This document shows positions 42,099 to 53,357 of a DNA stretch of 64,000 nt, in pieces. Below the pieces are notes generated by a model. The model did no database searches and was not told the DNA's origin. It worked only from the letters and a program-made list of their open reading frames with translations. A program made the position numbers and the translations under genes. How positions within the stretch are numbered: the stretch's first letter is position 1; every line of letters starts with the position of its first letter. The stretch is from a bacterium. GTDB lineage: Bacteria; SAR324; NAC60-12. The stretch covers positions 32,001 to 96,000 of the forward strand of contig CBDBHR010000027.1 of the NCBI GenBank assembly GCA_965205865.1, read 5' to 3'.

Positions 42099-44690
42099 TT
42101 AGAATTGAAATGACTGCCGCGGCAAGGGCAACACCTCGCCGAGGGAGATTCTCAAGATGATGGAAGGATCAACGATTTCTTTTCGTATTCCTCCGCTGGT
42201 AACGGTCTGTTCTGCCAGTTCTTTGAAAACGAGACTGATAGTATAGCATTTCGGATGATAGTCGATAAAGAACGAATCTTCAATCAAACGTCGTCGCAAG
42301 GCGTTTTTATCGGAAACATTAAGATTGAGTTTCCCACTGAACCCGAAAGATAATTCGTCACTGGCTTCAAAAATATTGCCGAAGCTGAGGGTATTGGTTT
42401 TATCATGGAACACATTATTCGGAGAGCGGTATGCGGATTCATTGTTGTGAAATTGAATTTGAGCCCGATTGTTGGGGCTGACTTGAACGTTAAGGTTCGC
42501 TTTCGATTCCACAACCCGTTTCGCCTGATGACTATAGCGCAGAAAAAACTCGACTGAGAATTGGGGACCAGGATTCAGTTTCCATTCGATTTGCAGAGGG
42601 AGCAGAGGTTCTCCCGGCATGGTTTCCTGATCTTCGATTTTTGGGCCTTTTGGATCAAAGTTTTTATCCCGCCGCAATAGGTTTATACGCTGGATGATAT
42701 TCAAACGGGAAAGCACCCAACTCTCGCTCTCCTGATCCGTGTCTCTCACTGTTGCTGCTCGCCGGCTGCGAACTCCCTCTTGAAGATAGGATAGAATCAA
42801 TTCTTCCTGTTCCGTAGAGAGTTTATTAGAAAGCAAGGCTCTCATTTGTGACAAAAAAGCTGTTTCTGAAAAAAATTTCTCATTGACCAAAGCCTGCAAC
42901 CGGTTGAAAATACTTTCGCTCAAATGGTTTTTCAAGAGTTTGATGGAATGCTCCGTGAGAGTGACTTCTCGTACCAACAAATGTTTTTTGACCAGTAGCA
43001 GATTGTCCAGCCGAAGCGTCAGTAATTGCTTGCCTGCTAAGCTATCCTCTTTGTCAAAAAAATCAACAGGTGCCGGACTGGGATACCTCGAAGTTGGTTG
43101 AATCAATGCCATGGTCTTGTCTTGATTCACGTCCTCGGTTGATTCAAAGAGAAGACGGGGGATAATAATGTGTTTAAAGCGACTGAAAATCCCGTCGTCC
43201 GCAACTATCACCCGAGACAAAGTCGTATTCACTTCTGCTTCGAAGAGATCAATCCCATGAAAAATTTCCCGGTTTTCCCGCGATTCCAATGCAATTGTAC
43301 GATCCGCGTAAAACACTGGTGAGCCTGGGTTATTCACCTGATAGTAAGACAATCGTTTGGCTTGGCTCACTATTATATTAACCCCAGCGAAGGGGGCAAA
43401 GCGAAAACGTAGACGAGGCGTGAAAATTTCACGCCATCCAATCACGCCTTTATCTCGATAAAAACGGGTGACCACTCCGTCCACTTCAAACGTGAGCGGT
43501 ATCTGAAAGGGATTGTCGCTGTAATGAAAGGAAATCTCTGGTAGGCGCTGCACCCGGGTTTCGATGAAATTCCTATTCAAAAGGGCAACTTCTTCATACA
43601 CCAACTCCCGGTCGATGACAAAATTGATATTTCCCTGGTCGAATTGATGAGAAAGGCTGAGATTGAGATCTTGGGCATAATTCGGATTAGGCTCACGTAC
43701 TTGTTCATATTCGCGCTGGAATTGACTGTCACTGAAAATCTCGCTGGAGAAGATTAGCTGAGTCCGCTCTCCCCAATTCTGACTATGATTGAATTGAAGT
43801 TTAAAGCGAGGATGTTGCAGTTCGGAATCGGGAATATCGTCCGCATTCAGACGCCCACTCTCTTGGGCGGGATCACGTCTATAGTTTTCTCGCATTGCCC
43901 AGAAATTCCATTGCCCTCGCAAATCGTTTCGCAAGGCATATTCGTATTGAATACCCATGCCAACACCACGACGTTCAATGAAATCTGCCATAAGGGTGAG
44001 ATTTTGATCTTGAGCAATGCTCCAAAAATAGGGAACCTGCAGTTTGATTCCCAGATTGAATTTTTCTTCAGTACTGGAAATGACTTCATAGGACGGCGCT
44101 AAAAAACCACTCTGACGTTTTGTGACAGTGGGCCAGAAGAGATAGGGAAAATAAAAAACCGGGATACCCCGGATCAGCAGACTGACTCCTTGGGCGGAAG
44201 AAAAATTTTCTCCCTGGTAATTGACTTGCGCACCCTCGATTTCCCACACAGGGTTTTGTGGATCACAGGTGGTGATGGAACATTGTTTTGCAACAAACTG
44301 TAATTTCCCCGTTTTGTGAGCTTCCTTTGCCGTCAAAAAGGCCTGTGTGGTGGCGTCATATAAAACAACATTGTAGAAAATCCCTTGCTGGGTGTTCAAA
44401 TCGAATTCCAGACGATCTAAAATTGCGATGATCCGGGAATCCGTAAATCTCACAAAGTCACTGGCAATCAGGGACCTGCTTTCCAAGTTGAAACTCACTT
44501 TCCCTGCTTCCAATGTAATATCAGCCCATGTCAAAGTGGCGTTTTCGGCAATATATGTCTGGTCATCCAAGTAGTAGGACTGGGTCTCGATCTTCAGTTC
44601 CGATATCCCTTGCGCAGCTGCCATTGGGATAGCGATCCTCCCTAGAAAGAGTACGCCGATGAGAGCGAGACGGAAGGTGGACACAAGCAA
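42099..44690 (-). CDS. lptD: LPS-assembly protein LptD
   Basis: ITTCDP..PVWEI, GIPVFYFPYL..P...RQSGFL.P, RLPEI, DYHPKCY; 863 aa barrel. Confidence 0.85.
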   Translation of the reverse strand: MLVSTFRLALIGVLFLGRIAIPMAAAQGISELKIETQSYYLDDQTYIAENATLTWADITLEAGKVSFNLESRSLIASDFVRFTDSRIIAILDRLEFDLNTQQGIFYNVVLYDATTQAFLTAKEAHKTGKLQFVAKQCSITTCDPQNPVWEIEGAQVNYQGENFSSAQGVSLLIRGIPVFYFPYLFWPTVTKRQSGFLAPSYEVISSTEEKFNLGIKLQVPYFWSIAQDQNLTLMADFIERRGVGMGIQYEYALRNDLRGQWNFWAMRENYRRDPAQESGRLNADDIPDSELQHPRFKLQFNHSQNWGERTQLIFSSEIFSDSQFQREYEQVREPNPNYAQDLNLSLSHQFDQGNINFVIDRELVYEEVALLNRNFIETRVQRLPEISFHYSDNPFQIPLTFEVDGVVTRFYRDKGVIGWREIFTPRLRFRFAPFAGVNIIVSQAKRLSYYQVNNPGSPVFYADRTIALESRENREIFHGIDLFEAEVNTTLSRVIVADDGIFSRFKHIIIPRLLFESTEDVNQDKTMALIQPTSRYPSPAPVDFFDKEDSLAGKQLLTLRLDNLLLVKKHLLVREVTLTEHSIKLLKNHLSESIFNRLQALVNEKFFSETAFLSQMRALLSNKLSTEQEELILSYLQEGVRSRRAATVRDTDQESESWVLSRLNIIQRINLLRRDKNFDPKGPKIEDQETMPGEPLLPLQIEWKLNPGPQFSVEFFLRYSHQAKRVVESKANLNVQVSPNNRAQIQFHNNESAYRSPNNVFHDKTNTLSFGNIFEASDELSFGFSGKLNLNVSDKNALRRRLIEDSFFIDYHPKCYTISLVFKELAEQTVTSGGIRKEIVDPSIILRISLGEVLPLPRQSFQF

Positions 44691-44691
44691 C

Positions 44692-45126
44692 TTACCTGAG
44701 GTAGTCTATAGTAACCCGAGCAGCCAATTCATAGCCTCGAATTCCCAGTCCGACTACCGAACCTATGGCGATATCCGAAAAATAAGAATGGTGCCGAAAG
44801 GGCTCTCGTTTGAAAATGTTGGAAATATGGATTTCAATCAAGGGGATTTGAATTCCCAATATCGCATCTCGGAGCGCGATGCTGGTGTGCGTGTACCCTC
44901 CTGGATTCATCAACAGAAAATCAGCATCCCGATGAGCATGCAACCAGTCTATCATTCCTCCTTCTGAATTGGATTGAAATGCTTGACATACGATTTGATT
45001 TTCCTTGAAAAAAGCAATGATTTTCTGTTCCGTTTCAGAGAGTGTTGTCTTTCCATAAAGATCTGGTTCACGAGACCCCAATAAATTGAGGTTTGGGCCA
45101 TTGAGTAACAGTACTGTTTTATTCAT
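44692..45126 (-). CDS. aroQ: Type II 3-dehydroquinate dehydratase
   Basis: LNGPNLNLLGSREPDLYG, QSNSEG, NPGGYTHTSIALRDA, EIHISN..REPFRHHS. Confidence 0.97.
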   Translation of the reverse strand: MNKTVLLLNGPNLNLLGSREPDLYGKTTLSETEQKIIAFFKENQIVCQAFQSNSEGGMIDWLHAHRDADFLLMNPGGYTHTSIALRDAILGIQIPLIEIHISNIFKREPFRHHSYFSDIAIGSVVGLGIRGYELAARVTIDYLR

Positions 45127-45363
45127 ACTCCCGTCCTATTTGAAAAGTAGGGTGAGCCCTCGCCGGAGACCAGGATTTTCTTCTAACGAAGATCCTTGCA
45201 AAGTAATGCGGAATGCTTGGGGTGTCAAGTCCCCGAAGGGCAAAAAGATGGCATATTTTTTGTTTGATGGCCTGTTAGAAACGGGACAAAAGGTGGACTG
45301 CATCCGGAAGAGTTGGCACAGGCCTGCCAAAAGGAGGATAATTGGAGGGAATCGCATCTTTCC

Positions 45364-46536
45364 TCAAGCTTGCCAACCAATGGCTTTCCTTGCCATCAAC
45401 TCCTCAATTTCACAAGGAGAAAATCCCCATGCTTGCAATTCTTCCGCTGTATTCTCACCAAACGAGGGAACCCCTGTCGATGGCGAAGCAGGTGTTCTGC
45501 TGAATTTCGGCGCTGAGCCCGGATGAACTACGCCATCGACCTCCAAATAGCTTTTTCTTGCCTGATTGTGAGCATGCTTGGGGGCTTCCTCAAAAGAGAG
45601 GACGGGGGCAAAACAAACATCGCTGCCTTCAAAAATCTCACACCATTCTTTGCGGGTTTTGCTCTTGAAAATTTCAGTGAATTTTTCACGCATTCTTGGC
45701 CATTGGGTTCGGTCCATTTGAGAGGGCAATTCCTCCGAGTCTATTCCCAGTTTCTCTAAAAGGAGTTGATAAAACTTGGCTTCGATAGAACCGAGGGAGA
45801 TGTACAAGCCATCTTTCGTTTCGTAAGTCCCATAAAAATGGGCTCCGCCGTCCAGGAGATTGTCTTCACGCTGTTTCGTCCATTGCCCTGCTGCAGTCAA
45901 TCCAAAGTTCCCGCTTGCCAAATAGGCGGCTCCTTCGGTCATGCTGACGTCAACGACCTGGCCTTGATGCGAATGCTGCGCTTCATAGACGGCTGCCAGT
46001 ATTCCGAAGGCCAGAAACATACCACCTCCTCCCATATCTGCTACGACGTTTAGAGGAGGCATCGGTTTTTCTTTGGGACCAATTGCGTGCAAGATTCCGG
46101 TGAGCGCCAAATAATTGATATCATGTCCGGCTGCTCGGGAGAGAGGCCCACTCTGTCCCCATCCCGTCATCCGCGCATAAACCAGCATCTTGTTGCGTAC
46201 AAAGCAATCTTCCGGACCCAATCCAAGTTTCTCGGTCACTCCCGGACGGAATGGATCAATCATCGCGTCAGCCTGTTCGAGCAACCGCAATACGGTTTCA
46301 ATCCCCCCCGGGTTTTTTAAATCAATTGAAACGGAAGGTCGATTGCGACGAAGGAGATCGTATTTGCCAGGGCGGGGAGTTCCCAATCCGGAAAGTTGAT
46401 TTCGATCAATGCGAAGTACATCAGCGCCCATATCAGCCAGCAACATGCCACACAAAGGGCCTGGACCTATGCCCGCCAATTCCAACACTTTCAGTCCTAC
46501 TAGGGGGCCCGTCAATTTAGTAGTCTCTTTCTTCAT
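45364..46536 (-). CDS. CaiB/BaiF CoA-transferase (alpha-methylacyl-CoA racemase-like)
   Basis: GIGPGP..GMLLADMGADV, FRPGV.EKLGLG, AGHDINYLA, LLDGGAHFY. Confidence 0.92.
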   Translation of the reverse strand: MKKETTKLTGPLVGLKVLELAGIGPGPLCGMLLADMGADVLRIDRNQLSGLGTPRPGKYDLLRRNRPSVSIDLKNPGGIETVLRLLEQADAMIDPFRPGVTEKLGLGPEDCFVRNKMLVYARMTGWGQSGPLSRAAGHDINYLALTGILHAIGPKEKPMPPLNVVADMGGGGMFLAFGILAAVYEAQHSHQGQVVDVSMTEGAAYLASGNFGLTAAGQWTKQREDNLLDGGAHFYGTYETKDGLYISLGSIEAKFYQLLLEKLGIDSEELPSQMDRTQWPRMREKFTEIFKSKTRKEWCEIFEGSDVCFAPVLSFEEAPKHAHNQARKSYLEVDGVVHPGSAPKFSRTPASPSTGVPSFGENTAEELQAWGFSPCEIEELMARKAIGWQA

Positions 46537-47075
46537 AATTTCTTATCGGAAAAGATCCATTGTGTTTTTGATAACTCCCACCATATGGGAATTGAAAAAT
46601 TCGGTGAACAGAGAAATCCTTTTGAGAAGATCTTAGGTCACTCCCTATTCTGCAGAAGATCCATATCCCATAAAATCGGGTGGCGTTGCAGGGTAAGAAC
46701 GAAGCGAGGATCAAGTCGAAAATTCTGCAACCCCTGATACAAATTGATACAATTTGTAACCTCTGCGAAAAGATCTCGGCCTCTTGTCCATGAAACACTC
46801 GAGAGAGTTGGCGCACACCCACAAAACCCTTTATTTCCTTGAGGGTATGCTATAACATAAACTCAGTTCCGGAGCGGGATTGAAAGCAGATTTCTCCATT
46901 TCTGAAGAGGGTTTGTGAGAATTCGAGTGGAAAGCGAAGGACCCTCACTATTTCCCTTTTTGAAAAAGAAGAAAAACCAGCCAATCACGAGTTTTTCTTC
47001 TCCAGAATACACTTTTTAACATAAATATAATTCAAAAGGCAAGCATTGGGAGAGTCAAATGACCATGGTGAGAAA

Positions 47076-47714
47076 ATGAACATGAAGATGCGATTGCTAC
47101 TGTTCCTGGGCGTATGGTGTCTCCTGTTGGCAGGGGTCTCTACCGGCGTTGCTCAGGCAAAAACCACCATTGTTTTTTTGGGAGATTCGTTGACAGAAGG
47201 ATACGGATTGGAAAAAACAGAAGCCTTCCCTTTTCTTTTTCAACAGGCTCTGAAGGCGAAAGGATACAAAGATATCAAAGTGATCAATGCGGGTATCAGT
47301 GGATCCACTTCAGCCAGCGCTCCTTCTCGTTTGAAGTGGTATCTGCGAATCAAGCCGACAATTTTGGTTTTAGCCCTCGGTGCTAATGATGGACTGCGAG
47401 GCGTGAATCCCCAAGCCATGAAAAAAAACCTGGCGACAACCATCCAACTAGCTCTGGATCGCAATATACAAGTGGTATTGGCAGGAATGAAGATTCCGCG
47501 CAATTACGGATCCCAATATACTCGGGAGTTTGAATCGGTGTATCCGGAACTTGCCGAAGAATTCAAGATTCCCCTCATCCCTTTTTTACTGGATGGAGTG
47601 GCCACCCACCCCGAGATGAACTTGCCAGATGGTATTCACCCCAATTCAAAGGGGCATCAAATCATTGCCAAACACATCTTAGAAAATCTACTGCCTTTGC
47701 TGCCCGAATCTTGA
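47076..47714 (+). CDS. GDSL arylesterase / acyl-CoA thioesterase I (TesA-like)
   Basis: FLGDSLTEGYG, NAGISGSTS, LGANDGLRG, DGIHPN. Confidence 0.93.
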   Translation: MNMKMRLLLFLGVWCLLLAGVSTGVAQAKTTIVFLGDSLTEGYGLEKTEAFPFLFQQALKAKGYKDIKVINAGISGSTSASAPSRLKWYLRIKPTILVLALGANDGLRGVNPQAMKKNLATTIQLALDRNIQVVLAGMKIPRNYGSQYTREFESVYPELAEEFKIPLIPFLLDGVATHPEMNLPDGIHPNSKGHQIIAKHILENLLPLLPES

Positions 47715-47809
47715 TCCATCTGTTGCCTGATTGAAGCGTTGGAATAGGCAGACATTTTTTTTTTTGGAATAAAGAAGGATTATTTTAAATTTATATTTCA
47801 AGAGTTTTT

Positions 47810-48469
47810 ATGATCTTAGAAGTCAACAAATTGATCAAAACATTTGAAACGTCTGCCAAATCCGTAGAGGTCCTCACAGGGATCAACCTCACAATCGATG
47901 CCGGTGAGACCGTTGCCATATTGGGTCAATCAGGAAGCGGAAAATCGACATTGCTTTCCTTAATGGCCGGTCTGGACCAACCCACATCTGGTTTTATTGA
48001 ACTCATTGGACAAAAACTGCACGAAATGGATGAAGAAAACCTCTCGAAATTCCGTGCTCAAAATATAGGGATTGTTTTCCAGCAATTTCACCTCATGACC
48101 CATTTGACAGCACTGGAAAATATCTCACTGCCCCTGGATCTCAGCCGTGATCCGAATGCGCTAAGCAAGGCTGAGATTGCGTTGCGGCAAGTGGGACTGG
48201 ATCATCGGGAGAGTCATTTTCCCCATCAGTTGAGTGGTGGGGAATGCCAAAGGGTTGCTATCGCACGCGCACTGGTCGTCCGACCCGCTTTACTACTTGC
48301 TGATGAACCGACTGGGAATTTAGACAATAAGACAGGGGAACATATTGCGGATTTGTTTTTTGATCTGGTAGAATCGACAGAAATGACCCTCCTTTTTGTC
48401 ACTCACAACGAACATCTGGCAGATCGCTGTTTTCGCAAGCATATTTTACGGAAAGGTAGATTCGTATGA
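47810..48469 (+). CDS. ABC transporter ATP-binding protein (YbbA-like)
   Basis: GQSGSGKST, LSGGECQR, LLADEPTGNLD. Confidence 0.93.
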   Translation: MILEVNKLIKTFETSAKSVEVLTGINLTIDAGETVAILGQSGSGKSTLLSLMAGLDQPTSGFIELIGQKLHEMDEENLSKFRAQNIGIVFQQFHLMTHLTALENISLPLDLSRDPNALSKAEIALRQVGLDHRESHFPHQLSGGECQRVAIARALVVRPALLLADEPTGNLDNKTGEHIADLFFDLVESTEMTLLFVTHNEHLADRCFRKHILRKGRFV

Positions 48470-51042
48470 GGCTTTGGATCAAACTGGCGCTTAAGGAAAT
48501 TCGTAACAATTTCCATTTCAGTCTTTTTTTCATCATCAACCTCACTCTGGGACTGATCGGGTTTATTGCGCTGGATTCATTCAAGACCTCGATTCATCAT
48601 CATTTGGAACAAAATTCAAAAAACATCCTGACGGCTGACATAAGCGTGCGTTCCAATCAGCCGTTTACGGAGCAAGAAATCGACTTGTTTACGGAAGCCA
48701 TTGGCGCAGAAGCAGAAACATCGGAGCAAATTCATTTCATCTCCATGGTTGCAGGCAATCAAAATTCCCGCATGGTGCGCATTATTGGAATCGATGAGAA
48801 TTTTCCCCTTTATGGCGATATTGTTTTAAAAAACCATGGAGTCCTCGAAGGTAAGAAAGTTCGGGATAGGTTGTTGTTGCGGAAAGGAGCCTGGGTTGCC
48901 CAAGATTTGATGATCGCCTTTGAATTCCAGGAAGGAGAGGCGGTCAAGGTCGGCCAAACATCTTTTGAAATCGCAGACACGATTTTGGAAGATCCTACCA
49001 GTACCGCTGCATTTCTTGCAGGAATTCCTACCGTTTATTTGGGTATCAATCAGATTCCGGATACCGGATTAGTGCAAACCGGCAGCCGGATTCGCTACGA
49101 GCGCTTTTATAAATTACCGGAAGGCGCAGCATTGGAATCGGTGGAGGAAGAGTTGCGTCAAAGGCTTAACGCGCTCTATCCGGGATCTCGAAGAATACGC
49201 ATTGAAACTCACAAAGATGCCAGCGAACAACTGGGGAGGGTGCTGGGGTACCTCAATGATTACCTGGGATTGGTTGCCCTCATTGCTTTGTTTCTGGCAG
49301 GAGTGGGCGGAGCTTATTTGTTCCGCAGCTTCTTAACCAGCCGTTTTCGGGAAATGGCCATCCTCATCAGCTTGGGCGCAACTCGGAAAAATGCCTATCT
49401 GATGAGTTTGATGCAAATCACAATCCTCGGTTTGATCAGTGCGGCTGCTTCCACTTTCTTTGCCTTCCTCTTACTTCCCATACTACCCTCACTTTTACAG
49501 AATTTCCTTCCCAAAGGCTTCGTCAGTTCCATGGGGTGGAGCACTCTCTTGCTCGCATTTTTTATGGGTACCTTGGGCAGCGTGATTTGCTGTTTGCCGA
49601 TCTTGGTCCGTATTTACAATCTCAATCCCGTCGCTTTATTTCATGAAAATGTTATTCCTACCCGGGAGGACCGACGCACGCAGGTGAGGAAGATTTTCAG
49701 TTATACGCCGGCACTGCTCGCGTATTGGGCATTGGCTGTTTGGCAAGCGCATTCCTGGCTCATTGGCAGTTTGTTTGTCTCATTGTTTTTGGGCTCGCTT
49801 GTTGTGCTGGGATTGGTAGCTTGGGGAGTTTTGACGATCTGTGGCAATCTCTCGCACCATCAGAGAGTGACTCCTAAAATCGCCCTGAGGAATCTCAATC
49901 GCAATAAATTGGGAGCCATTTCCTGTTTTCTTGCCATTGGTTTGGGATCTTTGTTGATCAACCTGATTCCCCAAATCCAACGGGGCTTGCAAGAAGAAAT
50001 TGCCCAACCTGCAGAAGTCGAGGTTCCCAGTTTTTTCCTCTTTGATATCCAGTCTGAACAAGTGCCCCTTTTGCAAAACTACCTGCAGCAAGAAAATTAT
50101 CAATTGTCCTATCTCTCTCCCATGATTCGCGCCCGTTTGGAAGCAGTCAACCAGAAAACTTTTGATTCCACCGTCGAGCAGGTGATGATGACCAGGGAAA
50201 ATGAAAGGGAACAGCGATTTCGAAATCGCGGTTTCAATTTATCGTATCGCGCGGAATTGAACGACTCTGAATCCTATGTGGCAGGAAAACCGCTTTCTCT
50301 ACAATTTCAACCGGACTCGGAAAACCCGCCAGAAATCTCATTGGAGGAAGGTTTTGCCGAACGCCTGGCACTGAAAATTGGGGATGAATTGACCTTTGAC
50401 GTGCAAAGCGTGCCCATCACCGGAAAAGTGGTCAACTTGAGAAAAGTCAAGTGGAACAGCTTTCAGCCCAATTTTTTCATCGTTTTCCAACCAGGAGTTC
50501 TGGAAGACGCGCCGAAAATTTTTCTGGCAGGGATATCTAATGTGAGCGCCAATCGCAAACTGGCTTTACAAAACGGAATCGTGCAGCGTTTTCCCAATAT
50601 TTCCGTAATCGACGTGTCCCGCGTCGTCTCTCGCATTTTGGATATTACAGAACAAATCAGTTGGGCAATTCGTGTGATGGCCTACCTTTCCATTCTAGTT
50701 GGGCTGGTGGTCTTGTTTTCCATTGCCCGCTACGAGATTCAACATCGATTTTGGGAAATCAATCTCTTGAAAGTCCTGGGAGCCCGTTTTCAGGACGTGC
50801 GTCTCATCGTACAAATCGAGTTTGGCATTCTGGGATTGTTTGCTGCCATTTTCGGGGTTATTCTCAGCAATGGCATGTCCTTTGTTATTTCCTATATCAT
50901 TTTTGAACGCCTCTGGAGTTTTTCCTGGCAAATGAGCCTCTTCAGCATTGTGGGCATCAGTCTCCTCAGCATTGGGACCGCCTTGCTGGCCACCCATCAA
51001 CTACTCAAACAAAAACCCTTGAAGTTGCTCCAAGCGACTTGA
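48466..51042 (+). CDS. ABC transporter permease (YbbP-like, FtsX-type duplicated)
   Basis: 858 aa; FPLYG, PSFFLFDIQ, WNSFQPNFF; coupled to the ATPase gene. Confidence 0.9.
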   Translation: MRLWIKLALKEIRNNFHFSLFFIINLTLGLIGFIALDSFKTSIHHHLEQNSKNILTADISVRSNQPFTEQEIDLFTEAIGAEAETSEQIHFISMVAGNQNSRMVRIIGIDENFPLYGDIVLKNHGVLEGKKVRDRLLLRKGAWVAQDLMIAFEFQEGEAVKVGQTSFEIADTILEDPTSTAAFLAGIPTVYLGINQIPDTGLVQTGSRIRYERFYKLPEGAALESVEEELRQRLNALYPGSRRIRIETHKDASEQLGRVLGYLNDYLGLVALIALFLAGVGGAYLFRSFLTSRFREMAILISLGATRKNAYLMSLMQITILGLISAAASTFFAFLLLPILPSLLQNFLPKGFVSSMGWSTLLLAFFMGTLGSVICCLPILVRIYNLNPVALFHENVIPTREDRRTQVRKIFSYTPALLAYWALAVWQAHSWLIGSLFVSLFLGSLVVLGLVAWGVLTICGNLSHHQRVTPKIALRNLNRNKLGAISCFLAIGLGSLLINLIPQIQRGLQEEIAQPAEVEVPSFFLFDIQSEQVPLLQNYLQQENYQLSYLSPMIRARLEAVNQKTFDSTVEQVMMTRENEREQRFRNRGFNLSYRAELNDSESYVAGKPLSLQFQPDSENPPEISLEEGFAERLALKIGDELTFDVQSVPITGKVVNLRKVKWNSFQPNFFIVFQPGVLEDAPKIFLAGISNVSANRKLALQNGIVQRFPNISVIDVSRVVSRILDITEQISWAIRVMAYLSILVGLVVLFSIARYEIQHRFWEINLLKVLGARFQDVRLIVQIEFGILGLFAAIFGVILSNGMSFVISYIIFERLWSFSWQMSLFSIVGISLLSIGTALLATHQLLKQKPLKLLQAT

Positions 51043-52127
51043 AATTCAATCCGGTTTCTGCAGGAGAGAGAGTTTGTCAAGAATGGATAGAGTAATCAGC
51101 GGAGCGCTATTGACAACCACTTTCATGAGGAGGATAAATTTTCGGCAAGTTGTTTGCCGGAAGCTACTTCTTCCTGGAAATCTTCTTCAGAATATTCAAT
51201 GACCTTAAAGCCATGTTCCGAAAGCAGATGGTAGAATTCATATTTATTGCCTGACAGAAAAATACAATTTTACTAATAGGAGGTGTAGAACTCGCGAGAA
51301 CAGCCATTCTTGAACAAGCCATATTTTAGATAGCTGAAGCTATTTTTCTTTGAGATCCCCGCTTTTTTGTTAATCCTCTTTTTTTGGGCACTCGCTCCCA
51401 GCCTCCCTTCTTATTTTAGTGCTTGACCGAAAAATACTCAAATTGCTGATATTAAATGACAATTCTTCAATTTCACAGGATGAAGATTGGTTTGATGCAG
51501 TGTTCAGATTGCCAAAATCAGCAAAAAATGGGATTTTTATGAGTTTCTCCAAAATCTTCGTTTCTTGAAAATAGGTGAATACCATTAAATATCATGTAGT
51601 TATCTAATTTTTGTCCAAGCACTAGTTATCATATTCTAACTTGACTATCTCGTCAGGTTAGAAGGTATAAAGGACCGATATTTGGGGAAGCGACGACGAG
51701 TGGGTTGCCAGCGGAGGAATTGCTTAAGCGCTTGAATGGTCCTATCAATGTTAATCTTGAATCGTTTTTTTCTTATTCCTGCCTTTATGGACCGGTATAG
51801 GCTTGGCCAGGTCTCTCCTTCCGGCTAGCGCTGCGTATCGAAAAAATGCCGCCTCTCGAGCGGTTTTACTCGAGATTTGAAACTAGCGCCTCCCTGCGGA
51901 ACCCTCGAGTCGAAAAACCGGAAGACCGACAATCTCCCGCCTCGGGTGTGGCAAAAGCTGGAATTGCGTTTTTTGATTCAGTAGACTAAAATTGTTGAGT
52001 AAACTATCCGGTCGGCTGTCATTTTCTCTGTTATTTTCGGAATAATCAATGATTTATCATCCCGGTCTTGATCCGGGATTCAGGAACCACTTCCCTCCTT
52101 CAGCAAACCTCGAGACATTGAAGCGCG

Positions 52128-53345
52128 TTGGCAAAACCCGAGAAAAAAACGGTTTTTACGGATTTTGAAAAAAAGAGCATCTATAGCTTGAGTTGCATCT
52201 TCTTTTTCAGAATGTTCGGACTTTTTCTGGTCATCCCCGTTTTCAGCCTGCTGGCTTTGGACTTGCAAGGAGCCACGCCTTTGCTGATTGGATTGGCGTT
52301 GGGAGCCTATGCGCTCACGCAGGCCTGTTTGCAGATTCCCTTTGGCATCTGGAGTGATCGAATTGGCAGAAAACCCGTGATTGCCTTGGGGCTCTGCCTG
52401 TTTATTCTGGGCAGTGCTATGGGAATATTCGTTGAAAACGTCTATTGGATGATAGTCGCGCGATTGCTACAGGGGGCTGGGGCAATCAGCAGCGCCGTGT
52501 TTGCCCTGATTGCCGATTTGACGCGCCCACAAGTCCGCACGCGGGCCAATGCGGGATTGGGAGTCAGTGTCGGTTTGGCCTTTGGGACCGCCTTTTTCAT
52601 CGCTCCATTTTTGGGAGGTTGGATGGGATTGAGCGGCATTTTCACTCTGATCACCATCATGGCCATCATCAGCCTGATTATTTTACTCTGTTGGGTGCCC
52701 ACACCCCGGCAGATGATTGCTTCGGAACCGACCTGGTCCATGATGCAGACGGTGCTGCGCACGCCCGTGCTTCTCAAAATTGATTTTGGCGCCTTCATCG
52801 CAACCATGGGATTGTCCGCCATATTTTTTATCTCCCCTCTCGTATTACACGAACATGGCTTTGCGAAAACAGATCTCTGGAAAGTTTATCTCCCCATGCT
52901 GCTGCTTGGAGGAGTGACCATGATCAGCGCAACGATTTATGCGGAAACCCGTAATCGCTACCGACAAGTGATGATGACGGGCGCCGGATTGTTATTGATT
53001 TCTTTTTTGCTCTCCTGGGCAGGAAAGGAATGGGACGGGGTGCCTCTTTATCTGGCAGCTTTGTTTTTGTTTTTCATGGGATTCAACGTCTTTGAACCGA
53101 TTTTTCCAAGTCTGTTGACGCGCATGACGACTCCCCAGACCAAAGGAACCGCCAGTGGCGTTTACAGCTTTTCTCATTTTATGGGCAATTTTGCAGGAGC
53201 TGTTTTAGCGGGATTGTGGTATCACGACCATCTTAACTGGCTCTTTTTATTGCTCATCGGTATGGCCACTTTCTTTTTTTACCTCCTCCTCACTTTTCCC
53301 AATCCTCAAAAAAAAGAAACTTCCTTTACGCCGGGCGCTCGGTGA
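52128..53345 (+). CDS. MFS transporter (YajR-like)
   Basis: FRMFGLFLVIPV, QIPFGIWSDRIGRKPVI, RLLQGAGAISS. Confidence 0.9.
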   Translation: MAKPEKKTVFTDFEKKSIYSLSCIFFFRMFGLFLVIPVFSLLALDLQGATPLLIGLALGAYALTQACLQIPFGIWSDRIGRKPVIALGLCLFILGSAMGIFVENVYWMIVARLLQGAGAISSAVFALIADLTRPQVRTRANAGLGVSVGLAFGTAFFIAPFLGGWMGLSGIFTLITIMAIISLIILLCWVPTPRQMIASEPTWSMMQTVLRTPVLLKIDFGAFIATMGLSAIFFISPLVLHEHGFAKTDLWKVYLPMLLLGGVTMISATIYAETRNRYRQVMMTGAGLLLISFLLSWAGKEWDGVPLYLAALFLFFMGFNVFEPIFPSLLTRMTTPQTKGTASGVYSFSHFMGNFAGAVLAGLWYHDHLNWLFLLLIGMATFFFYLLLTFPNPQKKETSFTPGAR

Positions 53346-53357
53346 GAGTATTTTTGC

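Noticed and set aside
46540-47040. Structured ncRNA between the CoA-transferase and esterase genes
   Set aside because: Only weak hairpins, with no family signature I can support.
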